From Candidatus Daviesbacteria bacterium GW2011_GWA1_41_61 (GTDB taxonomy: Bacteria > Patescibacteriota > Microgenomatia > Daviesbacterales > UBA10151): a stretch of 64,000 nucleotides of DNA. Below are positions 46,598-57,044 of this stretch, piece by piece. Each line of letters opens with the position of its first letter. Position 1 is the first letter of the stretch. Below the pieces are notes generated by a model. It was not told the origin of the DNA and ran no database searches. It saw only the letters and a list, made by a program, of their open reading frames with translations. Made by a program: the position numbers and the translations under genes. The DNA lies in contig LCBT01000004.1 of assembly GCA_000997385.1 (NCBI GenBank), positions 8,002 to 72,001 of the forward strand, written 5' to 3'.

Positions 46598-46858
46598 ATG
46601 AAAAAAAACAATCTGGCAGAAATTAAAAAGATGGAAGTGCCGGCAATTAGGGAAAGAGTCAAAAAGATCCAAAGGGAGGTTGCGGTTTTGGTAATGGATA
46701 AAAATACAAATAAGTTAACTAATTTAAAAATTATTAAAAACAAGAGGAGAGATTTAGCCCAGATGATGACGGTCATAAGACAAAAAAACTTGTTAGCCCA
46801 AATGGAGGCAAAATCTTCCTTGAAGGAAGGTCAGGAGAAACCAAAAGATGCCAAGTAA
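46598..46858 (+). CDS. rpmC: 50S ribosomal protein L29
   Basis: Operon position; helical ...KRRDLAQMMTV. Confidence 0.85.
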   Translation: MKKNNLAEIKKMEVPAIRERVKKIQREVAVLVMDKNTNKLTNLKIIKNKRRDLAQMMTVIRQKNLLAQMEAKSSLKEGQEKPKDAK

Positions 46859-47300
46859 GAAGCTTAAAACTAATCCAGCCGAGGGTCTTCTGTCAACCGG
46901 AGTTTCTCTAATAAGGGGAAGAGTAGTGGCGGCTAAACAGCCAAAGACAGTAACTGTTTTAGTAGAGAGAAAAAAGACTCATCCTTTTTATAAAAAATCT
47001 TTTATGAGAAGAAAAAAATATCTGGTTCATGATGAGCTGGGAGTTTTGGAGGGTGATGTGGTTGAAATTGTCAAAATCAAGCCAATATCCAAAAATAAAC
47101 ATTTTGGAGTAGTCCGGGTCGTGGGTAAAGATATCGAAGTGATGGTCTCCCAGCACCTCAAAGAAGAAGCAGCCGCCGAGATTGCTGAAGTCATGTCAGA
47201 AGAAAAAGAGTCTAGTGTCGAGAGTCTAGAGTCAAGTAAAGAAGTATCGATAGAGGAAAAGGTATTAAGGGTGTCAAAAGTCAGAAAGGAGAAAGTCTAG
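46848..47300 (+). CDS. rpsQ: 30S ribosomal protein S17
   Basis: GRVV...KTVTV, HPFYKK, HDE, GDVV.I..KPISKNK; long tail. Confidence 0.95.
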   Translation: MPSKKLKTNPAEGLLSTGVSLIRGRVVAAKQPKTVTVLVERKKTHPFYKKSFMRRKKYLVHDELGVLEGDVVEIVKIKPISKNKHFGVVRVVGKDIEVMVSQHLKEEAAAEIAEVMSEEKESSVESLESSKEVSIEEKVLRVSKVRKEKV

Positions 47301-47309
47301 TCGCTAACT

Positions 47310-47678
47310 ATGGTACAGCACAGATCGATGGTTAAAGTAGCTGATAATAGCGGGGCTAAAATAGTCCAGGTCATTCAGCCTTTGGGAGGGTCAGGGAAAC
47401 GTTTGGCTCATTTAGGAGAGATTTTTGTCGGAGTGGTCAAAAGTGCCGATCCTAACTATCAAGTGAAAGACGCGGAAATTGTCCGGGCAGTTTTGGTCAG
47501 GGCCAAAAAGGAGTATCGTCGTCTGGACGGCTCTTATATCAAATTTGATGAGAATGCGGCAGTGATTATTGACAAAGACGGTAATTTACGGGGTACCAGG
47601 GTTTTTGGGCCGATTGCTAAAGAAGTCAAAGACCGGGGTTTTACTAAGATTGCCTCGTTGGCACCGGAGGTTTGGTAA
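47310..47678 (+). CDS. rplN: 50S ribosomal protein L14
   Basis: VADNSGAK, FDENAAVII, GTRVFGP, SLAPEV. Confidence 0.97.
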   Translation: MVQHRSMVKVADNSGAKIVQVIQPLGGSGKRLAHLGEIFVGVVKSADPNYQVKDAEIVRAVLVRAKKEYRRLDGSYIKFDENAAVIIDKDGNLRGTRVFGPIAKEVKDRGFTKIASLAPEVW

Positions 47679-48005
47679 ATGATCAGTAGAAATTATTCTT
47701 TCAAAATTAAAAAAGGCGATGAGGTCAGGATTCTTTTAGGTAAGGACAGAGGCCGAAATGGCAAGGTGATACGTCTTTTGACTAAGGCGGGGAAGATACT
47801 GGTGGAAGGAATTAATTTATCAAAAAGACATGTCCGCAAAAGCAAGGAACGGGAAGGTGGAGTGATTGAGTTAGTCAAACCGATTGATATAAGTAATGTG
47901 GCTTTAATCTGTAGTCATTGTAAACAACCAACCAGGGTGGGTTTTGAGATGAATGGCAAAGTCAAACAAAGGATTTGCCGGAAATGTCGGGAGGCAGTTA
48001 TATAA
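47679..48005 (+). CDS. rplX: 50S ribosomal protein L24
   Basis: IKKGDEV...GKDRG (KOW), ISNV. Confidence 0.96.
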   Translation: MISRNYSFKIKKGDEVRILLGKDRGRNGKVIRLLTKAGKILVEGINLSKRHVRKSKEREGGVIELVKPIDISNVALICSHCKQPTRVGFEMNGKVKQRICRKCREAVI

Positions 48006-48556
48006 TGGCCGTAAGACTAAAAGCTAAATACCAAGAGGAAATTAAGCCCCAACTTAAGGAAGAGTTTGGGATCAGCAATGATCTATCCGTACCTAAGCTG
48101 GAAAAGGTGGTTGTCAATGTGGGTATGGGTGAGGCCAAAGATAACCGGGATGTTTTAGATAAAGCTGTAGAGAATCTTACCGCCTTAGCCGGTCAAAAGC
48201 CAGTGATCACTCGGGCTAAAAAATCGATCTCTAACTTTAAGCTGTCCAAAGGGCAAGCAGTGGGGGCCAGGGTAACTTTAAGAGGGAATAGAATGTATGA
48301 GTTTTTAGATAAATTAGTCAGCCTGGTTTTACCCAAGGTTCGGGATTTTAGAGGAGTGTCAACTGATTCTTTTGACAATCAGGGTAATTTTACTTTGGGG
48401 TTGCGGGAACAGGTCATCTTCCCGGAAGTAAGCTTCCAAGGCGGAGCGGTTTCCGGTAAAATAAGAGGCTTGGAGATTTCTGTTATCACCACTGCCAAAA
48501 ATAAAGAACAGGGGAAGAGATTGTTAGAGCTTTTAGGAATGCCGTTTAAAAAGTAA
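48005..48556 (+). CDS. rplE: 50S ribosomal protein L5
   Basis: [25 protein letters not shown]. Confidence 0.97.
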   Translation: MAVRLKAKYQEEIKPQLKEEFGISNDLSVPKLEKVVVNVGMGEAKDNRDVLDKAVENLTALAGQKPVITRAKKSISNFKLSKGQAVGARVTLRGNRMYEFLDKLVSLVLPKVRDFRGVSTDSFDNQGNFTLGLREQVIFPEVSFQGGAVSGKIRGLEISVITTAKNKEQGKRLLELLGMPFKK

Positions 48557-48564
48557 AAATAAAT

Positions 48565-48744
48565 ATGGCGAAGAAAAGTAACGTCGTAAAAGCTAAAGAG
48601 AAATTTGCAGTTCGTTATCATAGCCGTTGTGTGCGGTGCGGCAGGACACGCTTTATTTTTCGCAAATTTGGCCTGTGTCGGATTTGTTTTAGAGAGTTGG
48701 CTCACGCTGGGCAACTACCAGGAGTGAAAAAGTCCAGTTGGTAA
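48565..48744 (+). CDS. rpsZ: 30S ribosomal protein S14, Zn-binding type Z (not in the ORF track)
   Basis: Manual translation [59 protein letters not shown]. Confidence 0.96.
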   Translation: MAKKSNVVKAKEKFAVRYHSRCVRCGRTRFIFRKFGLCRICFRELAHAGQLPGVKKSSW

Positions 48745-48753
48745 GGAGGTTGT

Positions 48754-49128
48754 ATGGATAAAGTAGCAGACTTGTTAATTAGAATTAAAAATGGGTATAT
48801 GGCTTCCCGCAAGGAGGTTACAGTTTCCTATTCAAACTTAGGAAAAGCTATCTTGGCACTTTTGCAGCAAGAAGGCTATATTGAAAGCTATGAAGCTTTG
48901 GAGAGAGAGATAAAGGTGGTTTTAAAATATGAGAACCGTCTGCCGGTGCTGACTGATGTAAAGAGAGTTTCCAAGCCGGGACGCCGGGTTTATAAAGGAA
49001 GCCGGGTTTTACCTTGGGTTTATGATGGATTGGGAATTGCTATTGTTTCTACTCCTAAAGGAGTAATGAGTGATAAACAAGCTAGGAAGGAGGGTGTAGG
49101 CGGCGAAGTTATGGCCTACATTTGGTGA
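48754..49128 (+). CDS. rpsH: 30S ribosomal protein S8
   Basis: ADLLIRIKN, RVSKPGRRVY, STPKGVM, GGEV. Confidence 0.97.
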   Translation: MDKVADLLIRIKNGYMASRKEVTVSYSNLGKAILALLQQEGYIESYEALEREIKVVLKYENRLPVLTDVKRVSKPGRRVYKGSRVLPWVYDGLGIAIVSTPKGVMSDKQARKEGVGGEVMAYIW

Positions 49129-49676
49129 TGTCTAGAGTTGGAAATGTACCTATTATCATACCGTCTCAAGTAAGTGTTGAAGTTGATGGGCAGAAGATCT
49201 TGGTAAAAGGTTCTTTAGGGCAGTTGATGATGGAATTTTTGCCCCAAGTGACGGTAACAGTAGAAGATAATCAAGTGGTTATTAAGCGGAAAAGAGAAGA
49301 CCGTGTCTCCAAATCCCTGCATGGTTTGACCCGCTCTCTACTAGCTAATATGGTTATCGGAGTAGAAAAAGGATGGGAGAAAAAATTGGAACTGATAGGA
49401 GTGGGATTTAGAGCTCAAACTGCAGGAGATAAGCTTACCTTGGCAGTGGGGTATTCCCATCCGGTAGAGATCCAAGCGCCTCCCGGGATTAAGTTTGATG
49501 TGGCTGATAATACTAAAATAACAGTATCAGGAATTGATAAGGCGTTAGTCGGACAAGTAGCAGCGTCTATTAGGAAAGTTAGGCCTCCTGAACCTTATCA
49601 AGGTAAAGGGATTCGTTATAGCGGTGAATACGTTAGAAGAAAGGCCGGTAAGGCTTCAAAAGTAGGAGCTAAGTAA
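49128..49676 (+). CDS. rplF: 50S ribosomal protein L6
   Basis: [28 protein letters not shown]. Confidence 0.97.
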   Translation: MSRVGNVPIIIPSQVSVEVDGQKILVKGSLGQLMMEFLPQVTVTVEDNQVVIKRKREDRVSKSLHGLTRSLLANMVIGVEKGWEKKLELIGVGFRAQTAGDKLTLAVGYSHPVEIQAPPGIKFDVADNTKITVSGIDKALVGQVAASIRKVRPPEPYQGKGIRYSGEYVRRKAGKASKVGAK

Positions 49677-49677
49677 T

Positions 49678-50016
49678 ATGTCTAAATTGGCGAAAGAAAG
49701 AAGACATCAAAGAGTGAGGAAATTTATATCCGGGTCAGCGGGTCGTCCCAGGTTGGCTGTTTTTAGGTCAAACCAGCATATTTATGCTCAAATCATTGAT
49801 GATAAAAGCGGTAAGACACTGATTTCCCAATCAGATCTAAAACTGGCTAAGAAAGGGTTAAAAACAGAGATAGCTTATGAAGTGGGGAAGAGGTTAGCGG
49901 CAAAAGCCGCCGCCCAGGGTATTAAGGTGGTAGTTTTTGACCGGGGTGGATTTTTATATCATGGAAGAGTTGCTAAACTGGCTGAAGGTGCCCGAGAAGG
50001 AGGTTTACAGTTTTAA
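49678..50016 (+). CDS. rplR: 50S ribosomal protein L18
   Basis: [27 protein letters not shown]. Confidence 0.97.
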   Translation: MSKLAKERRHQRVRKFISGSAGRPRLAVFRSNQHIYAQIIDDKSGKTLISQSDLKLAKKGLKTEIAYEVGKRLAAKAAAQGIKVVVFDRGGFLYHGRVAKLAEGAREGGLQF

Positions 50017-50017
50017 T

Positions 50018-50578
50018 ATGAATAACGAGATTAACCAGCAAGAATATTTTGAGAAAGTGGTTCAGGTAAACCGCGTTTCTAAAAAGACCAAAGGGGGGAA
50101 TAAAAGATCCTTATCAGTTTTGGTGGTGGCGGGAGATAGGAGAGGTCAGGTGGGGGTGGGGCTAGGCAAGGCGTCAGATGTCCAATCAGCAGTGCGCAAA
50201 GCTACAAGCTACGCCAGGAAACATTTGATTAATGTGCCTTTAGTGGATAACCGCACTATCCCCCACTCTATTTTAATTAAAAGAGGCGCAGCTAAGGTTA
50301 TACTTAAGCCAGCTAGAGCTGGAACTGGTATTATCGCTGGTGGAGCAGTCCGGGTAGTGGTAGAAGCAGTAGGAATTTCTGACATTGTCTCCAAAATTTT
50401 AGGTACCAGAAACCGGGCTTCTAATGTTTATGCCACATTGGAGGCTTTAAGCAGACTGAAAACCAGGTCTAATAAGGGGATAACTGACAAAGAGGGGGTT
50501 AAAGAGGCTGTCAAGGAATCTAGAACGAGGGTTGTAAAAAAAGTGAGGAAGGCAGGACCAGCAAATGCAGCTGCATAA
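50018..50578 (+). CDS. rpsE: 30S ribosomal protein S5
   Basis: NRVSKKTKGG, VGVGLGKA, GTGIIAGG. Confidence 0.97.
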   Translation: MNNEINQQEYFEKVVQVNRVSKKTKGGNKRSLSVLVVAGDRRGQVGVGLGKASDVQSAVRKATSYARKHLINVPLVDNRTIPHSILIKRGAAKVILKPARAGTGIIAGGAVRVVVEAVGISDIVSKILGTRNRASNVYATLEALSRLKTRSNKGITDKEGVKEAVKESRTRVVKKVRKAGPANAAA

Positions 50579-51005
50579 ATTGTTCAAAACTACTGATAAG
50601 AAAGCCAAAAGAGTGGGCCGGGGTTTGGGTTCAGGCAAAGGCAAGACCTCAGGCAGAGGGATGAAGGGTCAAAAATCCCGGGAGAACATTCCGGCCGGAT
50701 TCATTGGTGGGACCTTACCGCTGTATAAAAAACTGCCTTACCGTCGGGGGTTAGGAAATCCTAAGCAAAGCCCTAAAACTGTAGTTATTCCGGTGGCTAA
50801 ACTCGCTGCTTTTCCCGCTGGTTCGACAGTTGATATCCAAAGTGTCATTGACAAAGGGTTAGTCAGTAAAAAGTCGGCTTTAAAACGGGGAGTTAAGGTT
50901 ACTTCAGACGGGAGCTTGGCAGTTGCCTTGACGGTCAATTTACCCGTAACAGCATCGGCAGCGGAAAAGATTGAAAAAGCAGGAGGGAAGGTTACTAGTG
51001 GCTAA
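50565..51005 (+). CDS. rplO: 50S ribosomal protein L15
   Basis: [24 protein letters not shown]. Confidence 0.97.
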   Translation: MQLHKLFKTTDKKAKRVGRGLGSGKGKTSGRGMKGQKSRENIPAGFIGGTLPLYKKLPYRRGLGNPKQSPKTVVIPVAKLAAFPAGSTVDIQSVIDKGLVSKKSALKRGVKVTSDGSLAVALTVNLPVTASAAEKIEKAGGKVTSG

Positions 51006-52284
51006 CCTGTTTGCTCCGATAATCAACTCTTTTAAGATTCGGGAGCTTCGCAAAAAAATTATCCTCACTGCTGTCATTATCATCATTTATCGTATTGCAG
51101 CTCATATTCCGGTAGGAGGAGTAGACAGAGAGGCTCTGCAAGCTTTATTTTCGGGGAGTCAGCTGTTGGGGCTTTTGGATCTTTTTTCCGGGGGTACTTT
51201 GGCCAACTTTTCCATTATTGCTTTGGGCTTAAACCCCTATATTAATGCTTCCATTATTATACAGCTTTTGACCATGGTTTTTCCTACTTTGGAGGCTTTA
51301 TCCAAAGAAGGGGAATATGGAAGACAAAAGATTAACCAATATACCCGCTATCTGACTGTGCCTTTAAGCATTCTACAAGCCATCGGGGTGTTTGTTTTGC
51401 TACGGAATCAAGGGATTATTACTCAAATGACTCCGCTTTCTATTTTAACCATTATGGTTACCATGGTGGCGGGGACAATTTTTGCCATGTGGCTGGGAGA
51501 GCTGATTACCGAATATGGTATTGGACAGGGTATCTCCATACTTATCTTTGCCGGGATTGTAGCCCGGACACCCGTTGCCCTAGCCCAGACCTTTTCCATC
51601 GTCGATCAGCAACAGATGCTAAACCTTCTTTTGTTTGCGGTTTTAGGTATAGTGATTACTGCCGGTATTGTCTTTGTCAATGAAGGAAGAAGACAGATTA
51701 TGGTTCAATATGCCAGGCGTTTTATTGGGGGGAGAGAGGTAGGAGGGGCTTCTACTTATTTACCGCTGCGGGTGAACCAGGCAGGGGTGATCCCTATCAT
51801 TTTTGCTGTCTCTTTGGTGTTAATCCCTTCTTTTGCCGGGCAGTTTTTGTCCCAACTGCCTCAACCTCTATTTCAAAGTGCGGGAAGGTTTTTTATATCT
51901 CATTTCCGGGTAGATTCAATTGCCTATAATGTTGTTTATTTCCTGTTGGTGGTAGGCTTTACCTATTTTTACACCGCCGTTATCTTTAATCCTAAGAAGA
52001 TCTCCGAGGATATTAAAAAAACCGGGGCTTTTATACCCGGAATTAGACCGGGTACCGCCACTGCAGCTTATTTAAACTATATCTTATTAAGGATTACCCT
52101 GGTGGGAGCTATCTTCTTAGGGCTAGTGGCCATCTTACCTTCCATTGCTTCTGGTTTTACCGGTATTACTACTTTAGCCTTAGGGGGAACCGGGCTTTTG
52201 ATCGTAGTTTCAGTAATTTTAGATACGGCCAAGCAGTTTGAAAGCAGATTAGTAGAGAGAAATTACGAAGGGTTTTTAAAGTGA
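50998..52284 (+). CDS. secY: preprotein translocase SecY
   Basis: [45 protein letters not shown]; GTG start. Confidence 0.97.
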   Translation: MANLFAPIINSFKIRELRKKIILTAVIIIIYRIAAHIPVGGVDREALQALFSGSQLLGLLDLFSGGTLANFSIIALGLNPYINASIIIQLLTMVFPTLEALSKEGEYGRQKINQYTRYLTVPLSILQAIGVFVLLRNQGIITQMTPLSILTIMVTMVAGTIFAMWLGELITEYGIGQGISILIFAGIVARTPVALAQTFSIVDQQQMLNLLLFAVLGIVITAGIVFVNEGRRQIMVQYARRFIGGREVGGASTYLPLRVNQAGVIPIIFAVSLVLIPSFAGQFLSQLPQPLFQSAGRFFISHFRVDSIAYNVVYFLLVVGFTYFYTAVIFNPKKISEDIKKTGAFIPGIRPGTATAAYLNYILLRITLVGAIFLGLVAILPSIASGFTGITTLALGGTGLLIVVSVILDTAKQFESRLVERNYEGFLK

Positions 52285-52889
52285 TTAACTGGTTAAAGTT
52301 GATGATGGGGAGTTTTTTAAAAGGAACACCTTCTGTTAAAAGTCAGAAGATTATGATTACTGGTCCTCAAGGGTCAGGGAAAACTACTCAGGCAAAGAAG
52401 ATAGCCAAAAAGATAGATGTTTATTTTGTGGGGGCAGGTGATTTGCTGCGTCAATTTGCAAAAGAAAGTAGCGGGATGGCCGCAAAGGTGAAAAATGATC
52501 TTGAAAGCGGTCGTTTAGTTGATAACGAAATTATAGGTAATTTGCTGAGAAAAACATTATCTCAACCCGAGTACCGGAAAGGTTTTGTGGCTGACGGCTA
52601 CCCGAGGTCTTTGTCCCAGCTTGAGGTTTACAATCCTGATTATGATAGGGTTGTCTATCTTAAGGTTTCAGACGAGGAGGCAGAGAGGAGACTTTTAGAT
52701 AGAAGCAGAGAAGATGATACCTCTGAGGCAATTAAGGAGAGACTGAGTTGGTATCATAAAGAAACAGCACCGTTGTTGGAATATTATCAAAAACAGAAGA
52801 AGCTCGTTACTATAGATGGAGAACGATCTATTGAGGAGGTGGCAGCTGATATTGAAGACAAGTTAAGGGTTGAGGGTAAAAATGACTAA
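52281..52889 (+). CDS. adk: adenylate kinase (short-LID type)
   Basis: [24 protein letters not shown]. Confidence 0.92.
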   Translation: MINWLKLMMGSFLKGTPSVKSQKIMITGPQGSGKTTQAKKIAKKIDVYFVGAGDLLRQFAKESSGMAAKVKNDLESGRLVDNEIIGNLLRKTLSQPEYRKGFVADGYPRSLSQLEVYNPDYDRVVYLKVSDEEAERRLLDRSREDDTSEAIKERLSWYHKETAPLLEYYQKQKKLVTIDGERSIEEVAADIEDKLRVEGKND

Positions 52890-53652
52890 GACGGCAGCGT
52901 CAATCCGAAACCAAGAAGAGCTGAAATTAATGCGAAAGAGCGGGCAGATATCAGCTTTAGCTTTAAAAAAGGTTTTAGAAAGTGTTCGGCCGGGGATTTC
53001 TTTACGGCAGTTAAACAGAGTAGCTGAGGAGGAAATTTTAAGGTTAGACGGTAAACATTCTTTTAAAGCCGTTCCGGGGTATCTTTGGGGAAGTTGTCTA
53101 AATATTAATGAGGAGGTAGTGCATGGTATCCCCCGGGATATTACCCTTAAGGCGGGGGATGTCTTAAAAGTTGATTTGGGCGCTGTTTATAAAGGATGGC
53201 ATACCGATACTGCCTGGACAGTAGTGGTGGGAGAAGATGCTGACCCGCAAAAAAAGCAGTTTTTGAAGTCTGGTGAGGAGTCTTTATGGGCAGCTGTCAA
53301 CCAGGCTGTGGAGGGCCATAGAATCGGGGATATCTCTTCTGCGATGCAACAGGTTATAGAGGAAGCTGGTTATTCGGTGGTCAAAAGCTTGGCTGGGCAT
53401 GGAGTAGGCAGGTCAGGTCATGAAGAGCCAGAAGTGCCTACCTATGGCCAAAGGGGGACAGGTTTAATCTTAAAAAAGGGAATGACTTTAGCTGTGGAGG
53501 TGATCTATGCAGCCGGAAGAGGAGAGATCTACCAAAAGGCAGATGGTTGGACTTTAGCGACGAAGGATGGCAGTTTAGGAGGGATTTTTGAGATGAGTTT
53601 AATAGTGGGGGATAGGAAAGCAGAAGTATTAACTGATTGGAGAAAAGTATAA
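52882..53652 (+). CDS. map: methionine aminopeptidase type I
   Basis: NEEVVHGIP, VDLG...GWHTDTA, GHGVG..HEEP. Confidence 0.95.
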   Translation: MTKTAASIRNQEELKLMRKSGQISALALKKVLESVRPGISLRQLNRVAEEEILRLDGKHSFKAVPGYLWGSCLNINEEVVHGIPRDITLKAGDVLKVDLGAVYKGWHTDTAWTVVVGEDADPQKKQFLKSGEESLWAAVNQAVEGHRIGDISSAMQQVIEEAGYSVVKSLAGHGVGRSGHEEPEVPTYGQRGTGLILKKGMTLAVEVIYAAGRGEIYQKADGWTLATKDGSLGGIFEMSLIVGDRKAEVLTDWRKV

Positions 53653-53749
53653 GCGTGAACACACTTAGGTGTAACTGCTTGCGCAGTTATAGGTTGTGTT
53701 TTGAATTAGTTTTTGTTAAAATTACAAATTGCCTGTTTAAACAATTAAG

Positions 53750-53989
53750 ATGGACCAAGATATTATCGAAGTAGAAGGTAAAATTTTAGAAGTACTGCCA
53801 AGTACCCTCTTTAGGGTGGAGATTGACCGTGCTGAAATTCCAGAACTGGTAGGGAAGGTGATTTTAGCTCACATTTCCGGTAAAATGCGGATGCATTATA
53901 TTAAATTAATGACAGGAGACAGAGTCAGGATGGAAATGAGTCCAAAGTATGATTTGACTAAAGGCAGGATCACTTTTAGATTAAAATAG
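53750..53989 (+). CDS. infA: translation initiation factor IF-1
   Basis: [12 protein letters not shown]...[14 protein letters not shown]. Confidence 0.96.
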   Translation: MDQDIIEVEGKILEVLPSTLFRVEIDRAEIPELVGKVILAHISGKMRMHYIKLMTGDRVRMEMSPKYDLTKGRITFRLK

Positions 53990-54109
53990 AGTCAAGGAAT
54001 ATATAAAGACCTGCTCGTGCGTCGGTATGAGAAATTATACCTTGTACTCGCAGAACCTTGCCTTTTTAATTCTTTTTATCGGTAAATAAAGAAAGGTAGA
54101 ATTAAAAAC

Positions 54110-54226
54110 GTGAAAGTGCAAGCATCAATAAAAACACGATGTAAGTTTTGTAAAATAGTTAAGCGGGAGGGCATCTTGTATGTCGTCTGTCCGCGTAATC
54201 CACGACACAAACAACGTCAAGGATAA
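54110..54226 (+). CDS. rpmJ: 50S ribosomal protein L36 (not in the ORF track)
   Basis: Manual translation from GTG: [38 protein letters not shown]. Confidence 0.96.
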   Translation: MKVQASIKTRCKFCKIVKREGILYVVCPRNPRHKQRQG

Positions 54227-54234
54227 AATAAAAT

Positions 54235-54627
54235 ATGAGAATTGCCGGAGTGGATTTACCAGACAATAAAAGAGTGGATATTGGCTTAACCTATATCTAT
54301 GGGATAGGGAGGTCTAATGTGCTTAAGGTGATAACAGATGCCGGCGTAGAGGGGGCTAAAAGAATTAAAGATTTAACTGAGGAAGAGGTGGGAAAGATAC
54401 AAAAAGCCTTGGACCAGTTTAAGGTAGAGGGAGATTTGAGACAAGAAGTGACCCAAAATATTAGAAGATTAGAAGAGATTAACGCTTATCGGGGAATAAG
54501 GCATCGCCGTGGCCTGCCAGTACGGGGACAAAGAACCCGTTCTAATGCCAGGACTAGAAGAGGTAAGAGAAAAACTATGGGAACTGTCCGAAAAGAAGTA
54601 GTGGCTAAAATTGGGGGAAGCAAATAA
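54235..54627 (+). CDS. rpsM: 30S ribosomal protein S13
   Basis: [29 protein letters not shown]. Confidence 0.97.
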   Translation: MRIAGVDLPDNKRVDIGLTYIYGIGRSNVLKVITDAGVEGAKRIKDLTEEEVGKIQKALDQFKVEGDLRQEVTQNIRRLEEINAYRGIRHRRGLPVRGQRTRSNARTRRGKRKTMGTVRKEVVAKIGGSK

Positions 54628-55031
54628 TGGCTAAGAAACAAACCATCAAAGTAAAAGCGGTTAAAAAGTCAGTTGAGCAAAAACAGATCCCTACTGGGAG
54701 AGTTTATGTGACAGCTACCTTTAATAATACTTTAGTTACTTTAACTGATGTTCTAGGTAATACTTTAGCTTGGAGTTCTTCTGGAGCTTCCGGGTTTAAA
54801 GGAGCGAGGAAAGCCACCCCCTTTGCCGCTATTTCTGCTGTTGAATCGGTAGTCAATAAGGCCAAAAGCGTTGGTATGACGGCAGTAGAGGTTTATATTA
54901 AAGGTCCTGGATCTGGTCGTGATTCTTCTCTTCGAGCCTTAAGGAGCGCTGGTTTAAATATTACCATGATTGCTGATGTCACCCCTGTACCTTTTGGAGG
55001 ACCAAGAGCTAAAAAGAAGAGGAGAGTATAA
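54627..55031 (+). CDS. rpsK: 30S ribosomal protein S11
   Basis: TFNNT, GFKGARKATPFAA, GPGSGR, DVTP. Confidence 0.97.
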   Translation: MAKKQTIKVKAVKKSVEQKQIPTGRVYVTATFNNTLVTLTDVLGNTLAWSSSGASGFKGARKATPFAAISAVESVVNKAKSVGMTAVEVYIKGPGSGRDSSLRALRSAGLNITMIADVTPVPFGGPRAKKKRRV

Positions 55032-55633
55032 TGGGACGCTATACAGGACCAAAAAGAAGACTGAGTAGGAGAGAAGGAGTGGCCATTTTTGCCAAAGATG
55101 CAGCCTACATTGAACGTAAAGGAGCAGTGGCTCCCGGTCAACATGGAGCTCGAAGCAGAAGGAGAATCTCTGAGTTTGGCGTACAACTTAGAGAAAAACA
55201 AAAGGCTAAAAGAACTTATGGACTTTTAGAAAAACAATTTGCCAGGTATTATCAGATGGCCAGTAAGAAGGTTGGTAATACCGGAGAGGTTTTAATGCAG
55301 CTTTTAGAAACCCGTCTAGACAATGTTGTCTATAGGCTAGGTCTGGCTTCTTCCCGGGCTGCTGCCAGACAACTTGTCTCCCACGGTCATATCCTAGTTG
55401 ATAACAAAAAAGTTAATATCCCTTCCTTTCAGGTAAAAACTGGGTCAACTGTTGCTATTTCCCATAAAATGTTGGATAATACTCAGGTCAAAAAGAATTT
55501 GACAATTGCGCAAACCTTGCCAGAGTGGCTTGATAGGAAAGCTATAGTAGGCAAGGTTTTAAGGTTGCCTAAGCGGGATGAGGCTGAGCAGGGAATTAGC
55601 GAACAGCTGATAGTAGAATACTATAGCAGATAA
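55031..55633 (+). CDS. rpsD: 30S ribosomal protein S4
   Basis: MGRYTGP, PGQHG, LREKQK, LETRLDNVVYR, IVEYYSR. Confidence 0.97.
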   Translation: MGRYTGPKRRLSRREGVAIFAKDAAYIERKGAVAPGQHGARSRRRISEFGVQLREKQKAKRTYGLLEKQFARYYQMASKKVGNTGEVLMQLLETRLDNVVYRLGLASSRAAARQLVSHGHILVDNKKVNIPSFQVKTGSTVAISHKMLDNTQVKKNLTIAQTLPEWLDRKAIVGKVLRLPKRDEAEQGISEQLIVEYYSR

Positions 55634-55639
55634 CTCTTT

Positions 55640-56548
55640 ATGATTAATTTTAAAGTAACAACAACAACTAATTCAGATACAGAGGGCGCTTTTATAGTTG
55701 AACCTCTGGAGGCAGGTTTTGGTCATACTCTGGGTAACTGTTTAAGAAGGGTGCTCTTGACTAGTTTAGAAGGATCAGCAATTTCTTTTATTAAAATTGA
55801 TGGAGTATCTCATCAGTTTTCCGTCATCTCTGGCATTTCTGAGGACGTGACCGAGATTATTCTAAATCTTAAGCAGGTCCGTTTAAAGATTTTTTCTGAT
55901 AAACCTATAAAGATGAGACTCCAAGCTTCAGGAAAAGGGGAAGTAAAAGCCCGGGATATTGATACCCTGGGGGGAGCAGAGATTATTAACCCTGATCTAC
56001 ATATCGCTTCACTAAACTCTCCTTCAGCTAAATTAAACATTGAAATGACAGCTGAAAAAGGAGTGGGTTATTTAGGGGCAGATGAGAAAAAAGCCGAAGA
56101 GATTGGAGTTATTTCTATTGATTCTATATACTCTCCAGTGGTTTTGGTTAACTATAAAGTTGAACCTACCAGGGTAGGCAGAAGTAGCAATTTTGATAAG
56201 TTGATTTTAAATATTACGACCGATGGGACAATCAAACCTGAAGAGGCCTTAAATGAAAGTGCCAGGATTTTAAGTGTTTATTTTAAGCAGATCTTTGAAC
56301 CTACTTTTGAAGGGGAAGAGGTAGTTGAGCCGGCTATCTCTAATGATGTTTTGAAGTTAAGTGTGGAGGAATTAGACTTGCCGGTCCGTATTACTAACGC
56401 TTTAAAGGCTGTTGATATTGACACTGTAGAAAATCTCATTACTACTTCCCGCACTCAGCTTCTTAAAGCTAAAAATTTAGGAGTTCAATCTCTTTCCTTA
56501 ATTTCTCAAAAGCTTTCAGAAAGGGGCTTGATCTTAAGTGAGGCATAG
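55640..56548 (+). CDS. rpoA: RNA polymerase alpha subunit
   Basis: EPLEAGFGHTLGN.LRRVLL, DSIYSPV, alpha-CTD. Confidence 0.97.
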   Translation: MINFKVTTTTNSDTEGAFIVEPLEAGFGHTLGNCLRRVLLTSLEGSAISFIKIDGVSHQFSVISGISEDVTEIILNLKQVRLKIFSDKPIKMRLQASGKGEVKARDIDTLGGAEIINPDLHIASLNSPSAKLNIEMTAEKGVGYLGADEKKAEEIGVISIDSIYSPVVLVNYKVEPTRVGRSSNFDKLILNITTDGTIKPEEALNESARILSVYFKQIFEPTFEGEEVVEPAISNDVLKLSVEELDLPVRITNALKAVDIDTVENLITTSRTQLLKAKNLGVQSLSLISQKLSERGLILSEA

Positions 56549-57035
56549 GGTTTATGGTAAACACCTCGGTCGTGATAAAAATCAACGGACAGCCCTCTTT
56601 AGGGGTTTAATTCGTAGTCTCTTTTTAAACGAAAGCATTATCACCACTTCTACTAAAGCCAAAGCTATCAAGGGTTTAGTAGACCGGTTAATTTCCAAAA
56701 GTATCAGCAATACTGAGGCTTCCAGAAGGGTAGTTTTATCAGTTCTTCCTCAACAGGAAGTCAGCAGTAAACTTTTCAAAGAGATTGCTCCCCGATATAA
56801 AAACCGCACCTCAGGGTTTACCAATATCGTCAAATTAGGACAACGGGCTGGTGACGGGGCCCTGAAGGTCAGAATGAGTTTGGTAGAAGGGGATAGGGAA
56901 ATAAGCAGTAAGGGAAAAGTAGCACGTATTAAGGGAGAAGAGAAAGAGGCAGTTGCGGAAAAAGTTTCAGTAAAGGAAATTTCTAAAGAAGAGAAAAAGA
57001 CCAAATCTAAAAAAGGAAAAATCACCAGGGGATAA
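56538..57035 (+). CDS. rplQ: 50S ribosomal protein L17
   Basis: MRHR...LGR, ITT..KAK, RTSGFT..RAGDGA; Lys/Glu tail. Confidence 0.96.
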   Translation: MRHRVYGKHLGRDKNQRTALFRGLIRSLFLNESIITTSTKAKAIKGLVDRLISKSISNTEASRRVVLSVLPQQEVSSKLFKEIAPRYKNRTSGFTNIVKLGQRAGDGALKVRMSLVEGDREISSKGKVARIKGEEKEAVAEKVSVKEISKEEKKTKSKKGKITRG

Positions 57036-57044
57036 ATTCAATTT

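Noticed and set aside
50565-50578. No rpmD (uL30) between rpsE and rplO
   Set aside because: Real, but an established CPR trait; used only as a taxonomic clue.
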